Shown here in pieces: positions 58,557 to 64,000 of a DNA stretch of 64,000 bases. The stretch is from NCBI GenBank assembly GCA_030637745.1, contig DAOWFX010000123.1:1147-65146 (forward strand), in the 5' to 3' direction. Made by a program: the position numbers and the translations under genes. The first letter of the stretch is position 1, and every line of letters begins with the position of its first letter. The DNA is from Clostridia bacterium. Its GTDB lineage: Bacteria > Bacillota > Clostridia > Christensenellales > UMGS416. Under the pieces are notes generated by a model. That model saw only the letters and a program-made list of their open reading frames with translations. It ran no database searches and was not told where the DNA came from.

Positions 58557-59501
58557 TTGAATACATTTGAGATATTCATTAAAGTAATACCAATAATCAT
58601 AGTAATAATTCTTGGGTATATACTTACAAGAGCAGATATATTAAAAGACAATATGGTAGATGCATTTAAAAAGATAGTTGTAAATGTCACGCTACCTGTT
58701 GCTTTATTTTCTGCATTTATAAAGATTCGCTTCAAGTCAGAATACTTATTGATATTCTTAAGTGTATTTTTAGCTTGTATTTTGTTGTTTTTGATTGCAA
58801 AGCTAATAGCTAAAGTATTTAAAATTAAGTCAAAATACTTTCCATTTCTATTAACAGGATTTGAAGCAGGGATGATAGGCTATGCATTGTTTATGGCTGT
58901 TTTTGGTCACGAATCCGCAGCAGACTTTGGTATTGCGGATATCGGACAAGTAAGCTTTGTTTTTCTAATATTTGTACCGATGCTTATCAATCTTAACAAT
59001 AAAGCAAAAGGTTTAGATAGTATTAAGCAATCATTTACAATAGTCATAAAATCCCCTGTAATATTGGCTATCATACTTGGGCTTGTGGGTTCTTTTGCAG
59101 GTATTTGGATGTATGAAGACACACTACTGTTTGGAGCCTTTGACAATATATTTACTTTCATATCTGCACCTACAGCATTTTTGATTTGTTTAGTTATTGG
59201 GAATGGATTGAAGTTAACTTTTAAAGGTTTGAAAATGGAACTGATAACAGCAGTTCTAAAGATAGTCCTTTCTCTAACTATAGCTTTTATTTTAAAGTAC
59301 ACTGTTTTCATACCACTAGGAGTAGACAAGCAGATAGTAACTGCATTATTTGTTCTATTTTGTTTACCGGGACCATTTGTGATACCTGTGTTTATGCAAA
59401 ACCCATCAATTGATGATGTAAATTATATTTCAAATACCTTGTCAATAGGATCAATCTTAGCAGTAATATCATTTATAGTTATAGTATTAGTAGGTCTGTA
59501 G
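58557..59501 (+). CDS. AEC-family (auxin efflux carrier) transporter
   Basis: TTG 58557 lies 6 nt after AAGGAG. It is a polytopic protein with the typical N-terminus (F..V.PIIIVIILGY). Confidence 0.75.
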   Translation: MNTFEIFIKVIPIIIVIILGYILTRADILKDNMVDAFKKIVVNVTLPVALFSAFIKIRFKSEYLLIFLSVFLACILLFLIAKLIAKVFKIKSKYFPFLLTGFEAGMIGYALFMAVFGHESAADFGIADIGQVSFVFLIFVPMLINLNNKAKGLDSIKQSFTIVIKSPVILAIILGLVGSFAGIWMYEDTLLFGAFDNIFTFISAPTAFLICLVIGNGLKLTFKGLKMELITAVLKIVLSLTIAFILKYTVFIPLGVDKQIVTALFVLFCLPGPFVIPVFMQNPSIDDVNYISNTLSIGSILAVISFIVIVLVGL

Positions 59502-59535
59502 TTTTTTTAATCTAAATTCGACCAACAACTTATAA

Positions 59536-59585
59536 TGCAAGATTCTCATTTATATCTTGCAAAACAATAAATCTATTGCTATAAT
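59536..59585 (+). promoter_or_regulatory. amt promoter TTGCAA-17-TATAAT overlapped by inverted repeat TGCAAGAT-N10-ATCTTGCA
   Basis: The inverted repeat is at 59536-59543 / 59554-59561. The -35 is at 59557-59562 and the -10 at 59580-59585. Confidence 0.55.
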
Positions 59586-59616
59586 CCTAATATAATTTAA
59601 TAGATTTGCAACAAAG

Positions 59617-59666
59617 ACGTTCAAAACATTTTGGCATTAAGCCATTTTTAGTTTGAGCGTTTTTTA
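59617..59666 (+). terminator. leader intrinsic terminator upstream of amt (candidate attenuator)
   Basis: ACGTTCAAA pairs with TTTGAGCGT (9 bp including one G-U) around an inner TGGC/GCCA hairpin, followed by TTTTT. It lies 20 nt before the amt RBS. Confidence 0.6.
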
Positions 59667-59687
59667 TTATATTAAAGGAGGAAACAA

Positions 59688-60950
59688 GTGGAGATAGATC
59701 TGATATTGGCAGTAAATACAGTCTGGATAATCACAGCGGCCGCACTGGTGTTTATTATGCATGCAGGGTTTGCGTGTGTAGAAGCAGGATTTACTCAGTC
59801 AAAAAACACAGCAAACATTATTATGAAAAATTTTATGACAATAGCTATCGGTACATTGTGCTATTATATTATAGGCTTTTCGTTAATGTTTGGCGAGGAT
59901 GTCTTTGGAATTGGGATTTTAGGCTGGAGTGGATTTGGCATACAAAATTCTAAGGTAGTTGAAGGACTAATAGGAAATAATCAAGAAGGGTATATATTGC
60001 CGCTTAATGTCTTCTGGTTTTTCCAAGCAGTGTTTGCGGCAACATGTGCAACCATTGTATCAGGCGCAGTAGCAGAAAGAACAAAGTTTAATGTTTATTT
60101 ATTCTTCTGCCTATTTATGTGTTCGTTTATATATCCAATAACAGGTCACTGGATATGGGGTGGAGGTTGGCTTTCAAACTTAGGGTTTCATGATTTTGCA
60201 GGCTCAACAGCAGTTCATGCAGTGGGAGGGTTTGCAGCTCTTGCCGCTGCAAAGACAATAGGCGCACGTGCAGGTAAGTATACAAATCGTAAGAAGGTAA
60301 ATGTAATTCCTGCACATTCAATACCGTTGGGTGCATTGGGAGTTTTGCTTTTATGGTTTGGTTGGTTTGGTTTTAATTGTGGTTCAACTCTTGCAGCAGA
60401 TCCATATGCTATCGGAACAGTAGCAGTAAATACTATTCTAGCAGGAGCAGCAGCAGCCCTTACAACAATGCTTTTTACCTACATTAGAAGCAAAAAAGCA
60501 GATGTAGGGATGACACTCAATGGTTGCCTTGCAGGACTTGTAGGTATCACTGCGGGATGTGATGCAGTTAGCTCTGGTGGTGCCATTGTTATTGGTATAG
60601 TATGTGCAGTACTCATGGTAATTGTAATTGAAACAATTGATGGGAAATTATTTATAGATGATCCGGTAGGAGCTATATCAGTACATGGTTTTTGCGGTAT
60701 GATAGGTACTGTGTTGGTTGGGGTCTTTGCACGTGATGGAGGACTGCTTTATGGTGGTGGTTGGTCAATGGTAGGCATACAAGCATTAGGGGTTGCAGCT
60801 TGTGGAGGATTCGCACTTGTAGCATCTGCCTTGTATTTTAAGATTTTAAAGCATACAGTTAAAGTACGAGTACACAGAAGGGAAGAGGTAGAAGGCTTAG
60901 ATACAGTGGAACATGGAATATCTGCATATAATGGTATGTTGGGACTATAA
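59688..60950 (+). CDS. amt: ammonium transporter (Amt family)
   Basis: GTG start after AAAGGAGG. It is a 420-aa protein with about 11 TM segments and Amt blocks (HAGFACVEAGF, FAGSTAVH, HGFCG). Confidence 0.9.
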   Translation: MEIDLILAVNTVWIITAAALVFIMHAGFACVEAGFTQSKNTANIIMKNFMTIAIGTLCYYIIGFSLMFGEDVFGIGILGWSGFGIQNSKVVEGLIGNNQEGYILPLNVFWFFQAVFAATCATIVSGAVAERTKFNVYLFFCLFMCSFIYPITGHWIWGGGWLSNLGFHDFAGSTAVHAVGGFAALAAAKTIGARAGKYTNRKKVNVIPAHSIPLGALGVLLLWFGWFGFNCGSTLAADPYAIGTVAVNTILAGAAAALTTMLFTYIRSKKADVGMTLNGCLAGLVGITAGCDAVSSGGAIVIGIVCAVLMVIVIETIDGKLFIDDPVGAISVHGFCGMIGTVLVGVFARDGGLLYGGGWSMVGIQALGVAACGGFALVASALYFKILKHTVKVRVHRREEVEGLDTVEHGISAYNGMLGL

Positions 60951-61144
60951 GGCTTGACAAAAACATTAATTGCAGCAAAAATATTATATATTTTCAAAAA
61001 CTAATTGCAAGATTAAGAAAAAGGTATATAATAGTATAAAATGTGCAGGAAAATAAATATAAACCTGCAATATTGGCAAAACTCAACACTAATAATACTT
61101 ATTTTTACAATAAATAAGAAACTCATAACAATCTGGAGGATAAA

Positions 61145-62476
61145 ATGGCTAAATATTCAAAAAAAGATGTACTAAAAATAGCAGAAGAGAACGATGTAAA
61201 GTTTATAAGACTACAGTTTACAGATGTATTTGGTAAGATGAAAAATGTAGCAATCACAATAGATCAATTAGAAAAAGCACTGGATGGACAGTGTATGTTT
61301 GATGGATCATCTATTGAGGGTTTTGTGCGCATTGAAGAAAGTGATATGTACCTACGTCCTGATCCGGATACCTTTGTTATTTTCCCTTGGCGACCACAAG
61401 TGGGTAGAGTCGCAAGATTGATATGTGATATCTACACTTCTGATGGAATTCCATTTGAAGGAGATCCAAGATATATACTTAAAAAAGTATTAAAAGAAGC
61501 AGAAGATATGGGGTATTCATATAATGTTGGACCGGAATGCGAATTCTTCTTGTTCCAAGTAGATGAAAATGGAGATCCAACAACTATAACACATGATAAT
61601 GCGGGTTATTTTGATCTAGCTCCAATTGACATGGGCGAAGATGCAAGACGAGACATGTGCTTGGTACTTGAGGAAATGGGCTTTGAAATAGAAGCATCAC
61701 ATCACGAAGTGGCACATGGACAGCATGAAATCGACTTCAAATATGACTCAGCGCTTACTACAGCAGACAATATTATGACATTTAAGATGGTAGTAAAATC
61801 CATCGCAAAGCGTCATGGGTTATATGCAACATTTCTTCCTAAACCACTCTTTGGAAAGAATGGTTCAGGTATGCATACAAACCAGTCCTTATCCAAAAAC
61901 GGTAAGAACGCTTTTTATGATAAATCCGATAGTCGTGGGTTATCCAAAGAATGCTACAGTTTTATTGCTGGAGTGTTAAAGCATGTAAAAGGGTTTACTG
62001 CGATAACAAACCCTATAGTAAATTCATATAAGCGCTTAGTTCCGGGTTATGAAGCGCCGGTCTATATTGCTTGGGCTTCAAAGAACCGTTCACCACTAAT
62101 TCGTATTCCAGCATCTCGTGGGGAGGGCACTCGAATAGAGCTTCGTAATCCAGACCCTACATGCAATCCATATCTATCACTTGCTTGCAATTTAGCGGCA
62201 GGTCTTGATGGAATTAAAGATGCGCTCATACCACCGAACTCAATTGAAAGCAATATATACAACATGCATGCAAATGAAAGGGACAATCATGGTATCGATA
62301 GCCTTCCTGCAGATCTTAACGAAGCAATCAAATTGATGGAGGCAGATGAATTAGTTAAGAAAACAATAGGTGAGCATGTTTTTGAAAACTATATAACAGC
62401 AAAAAGGAAAGAATGGGATGAATACCGCACCCAAGTATATCAATGGGAATTAGATAAATATTTATCTGAATATTAG
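61145..62476 (+). CDS. glnA: glutamine synthetase, type I
   Basis: 443 aa with [28 protein letters not shown] and NRSPLIRIP motifs. Confidence 0.93.
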   Translation: MAKYSKKDVLKIAEENDVKFIRLQFTDVFGKMKNVAITIDQLEKALDGQCMFDGSSIEGFVRIEESDMYLRPDPDTFVIFPWRPQVGRVARLICDIYTSDGIPFEGDPRYILKKVLKEAEDMGYSYNVGPECEFFLFQVDENGDPTTITHDNAGYFDLAPIDMGEDARRDMCLVLEEMGFEIEASHHEVAHGQHEIDFKYDSALTTADNIMTFKMVVKSIAKRHGLYATFLPKPLFGKNGSGMHTNQSLSKNGKNAFYDKSDSRGLSKECYSFIAGVLKHVKGFTAITNPIVNSYKRLVPGYEAPVYIAWASKNRSPLIRIPASRGEGTRIELRNPDPTCNPYLSLACNLAAGLDGIKDALIPPNSIESNIYNMHANERDNHGIDSLPADLNEAIKLMEADELVKKTIGEHVFENYITAKRKEWDEYRTQVYQWELDKYLSEY

Positions 62477-62552
62477 ATTTTTCAAAGACGTAATGCTTTT
62501 TGATTAATCAATTCAAGATAGTAAGAGTTTCCAGGTTTATTGATGAGGGGGG

Positions 62553-63152
62553 GTGGCACTGTTGGTTTCTGGTGAAGTATTGCTTGTAATGCGAAACGGA
62601 AATGTTTGCATGCAGGTTGAAAAATTAATAAATAGCTTTAAACACAGAATCACTGCAGTTAGTCACAGCGCAGGGAATGCTATAAGAATTGCAGGTATTA
62701 AGAAGTTTGATATTATCTTATGTAGCAACAATCTACCCGATATGACGGGTCTTGATATGGCTATTGATATTTCTAGTAAAACAGATGCAAGTATATTACT
62801 TATTACTACATCCGAAGAAAAGATGTATGTAGAAAACAATTGTACAGAATATGACATAACATGTTTGGTGAAACCGGTTTCTAAAGTGGTACTTCAACAT
62901 ACATTAGAAATTGCAATGAAATACAGGCAAAGACTGTATGGTGTCGTACGTGAAAGAGATCGTCTGCAAAGGACATTAGATAGAAGGTCAATTGTTGCAA
63001 AAGCTAAAGCAGTACTAATTGAGCAAAACAAAATGAGTGAACCTGAGGCTTATAGGGTAATACAAAAGACCTCTATGGATTCAGGAATTCCCATTAAGGA
63101 AATTGCACAAACAATAATTGACACAAAAGGTAAGGAGTTTTACAGATACTAA
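62553..63152 (+). CDS. ANTAR-domain antiterminator with degenerate (pseudo-)receiver domain
   Basis: The C-terminus IVAKAKAVLIEQNKMSEPEAYRVIQKTSMDSGIPIKEIAQTII is ANTAR. The N-terminal REC-like fold lacks the acidic pocket (VMRNGN, and CSNNLPDMTG in place of D..D.MP). The start is uncertain (62553-62610). Confidence 0.8.
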   Translation: MALLVSGEVLLVMRNGNVCMQVEKLINSFKHRITAVSHSAGNAIRIAGIKKFDIILCSNNLPDMTGLDMAIDISSKTDASILLITTSEEKMYVENNCTEYDITCLVKPVSKVVLQHTLEIAMKYRQRLYGVVRERDRLQRTLDRRSIVAKAKAVLIEQNKMSEPEAYRVIQKTSMDSGIPIKEIAQTIIDTKGKEFYRY

Positions 63153-63180
63153 TAATCGTAGTGTTTGTATGGAGGTAACA

Positions 63181-64000
63181 ATGACAACTATAAAACGACC
63201 CGAAGCACAGGGGCTCTATCGACCGGAGTTTGAGCATGATGCATGTGGAATGGGTTTTATTGCACATTTGGATGGCATTTCATCAAGAGATATTGTTGAT
63301 GATGGTTTAACGATACTTGAAAGATTGGTACATCGTGGTGGCACGGGAGCTGAAGAAGATACAGGCGATGGTGCAGGGATACTAATGGCGATGCCGGATC
63401 AATTCTTACGCAAGGTATGCAAAGAAAATAATATAGATCTTCCTATACTGGGTGACTATGCTGTGGGTATGCTTTTTGTTCCGCGAGATGAAGATCGACG
63501 TGAAGCACTAATGAAAACAACGTGTAAAATCATCTCGAGCATGGGATTCACATTAGTACACACTCGGGAAATTCCATATAATTATTTTGATGCAGGTCCT
63601 GCAGCGAGGGATTGTATGCCGGTGTTTCATCAATTGTTTATCACAGGTGAAGGTAACTTTCGAGTCGAAGGTAGTTTTGAACATAAGCTATATGTACTAC
63701 GACGTAAGTTGGAGCAAAAGATACGTTCTGCAGGCAATGACGACTACTATTTCTCGTCACTTTCATCCAAAACTTTAGTTTATAAAGGCATGCTACATGC
63801 ATGGCAACTTAGAAATTTTTATCCAGACTTATGTGATGATGACATGCAAACATCTATCTGTGTCGTACACTCTAGATTTTCAACAAATACATTTCCTTCT
63901 TGGGATCGTGCACAACCGTGTCGATTGATTGCACACAATGGCGAGATTAACACATTACGAGGGAACAAAAACTGGTTTCATTCAAGAGAGACAGTGGATG
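63181..64000 (+). CDS. gltB: glutamate synthase large subunit, N-terminal part (3' end outside window)
   Basis: ATG 63181 follows GGAGG. It reads ...FEHDACGMGFIAHLDG...HRGG...GDGAGIL...RFSTNTFPSW..AQP.R..AHNGEINT, the Ntn-amidotransferase domain. Confidence 0.9.
   Translation, partial: MTTIKRPEAQGLYRPEFEHDACGMGFIAHLDGISSRDIVDDGLTILERLVHRGGTGAEEDTGDGAGILMAMPDQFLRKVCKENNIDLPILGDYAVGMLFVPRDEDRREALMKTTCKIISSMGFTLVHTREIPYNYFDAGPAARDCMPVFHQLFITGEGNFRVEGSFEHKLYVLRRKLEQKIRSAGNDDYYFSSLSSKTLVYKGMLHAWQLRNFYPDLCDDDMQTSICVVHSRFSTNTFPSWDRAQPCRLIAHNGEINTLRGNKNWFHSRETVD

Noticed and set aside
58424-58735. N-terminal extensions of track ORFs: mrpE to 58735, mrpG to 57795, HAD to 26853, HK to 39374, znuA-like to 29970 and smpB to 47942
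   Set aside because: Internal start codons with proper RBS spacing give family-typical lengths and remove implausible overlaps with neighbouring genes or promoters.
59592-59687. Canonical ANTAR dual-hexaloop target in the amt leader
   Set aside because: Candidate small hairpins (TGGC-ATTAA-GCCA, CAAA-ACAT-TTTG) do not have 6-nt loops with A1/G4. Only the terminator itself is reported.

Overview
The window is a 64-kb stretch of chromosome from a low-GC Gram-positive bacterium. This is judged from AT-rich codon usage, GGAGG ribosome-binding sites and lipobox lipoproteins. Most of it is ordinary housekeeping and accessory metabolism. Identified genes include TldD/PmbA, argS, an OmpR-type two-component system, a PadR-DUF1700-DUF4097 module and a predicted PPi-dependent PFK. 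Also present are rbsK, ispE, gnd, a ThuA/Gfo-Idh-MocA/AraC sugar cluster and a Zn-type ABC importer. There is a sugar ABC transporter with an adjacent binding-protein/HK/AraC-RR sensor and a cell-envelope GT2/flippase/CPBP cluster. The remainder is an Mbh-ordered Mrp antiporter operon and an amt-glnA-ANTAR-gltB nitrogen cluster. The non-ordinary part lies at 41.2-47.4 kb around smpB-ssrA. (1) A roughly 5.1-kb very AT-rich integrative element sits in the 3' end of the tmRNA gene, bounded by a 28-bp perfect direct repeat of the tmRNA 3' end. The element carries a CI-like repressor, a Rep_trans-family initiator or relaxase, an excisionase, a tyrosine integrase, two unknown cargo genes, phased TTCCAAC arm-type repeats and an unexplained GC-rich structured segment. 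(2) Between the smpB stop and tmRNA +1 lies a decaying tandem array of about 129-bp non-coding units. Each unit has an invariant GCACTG-N5-CAGTGC hairpin and an invariant 18-nt box. An inverted copy of the box core abuts tmRNA nucleotide +1. I could not assign this array to any feature class I know, and it is my best candidate for something undescribed. All calls come from reading the sequence and the ORF track by eye, with no searches or folding programs run. Family assignments rest on recognised motifs and should be confirmed with HMM or covariance-model searches.
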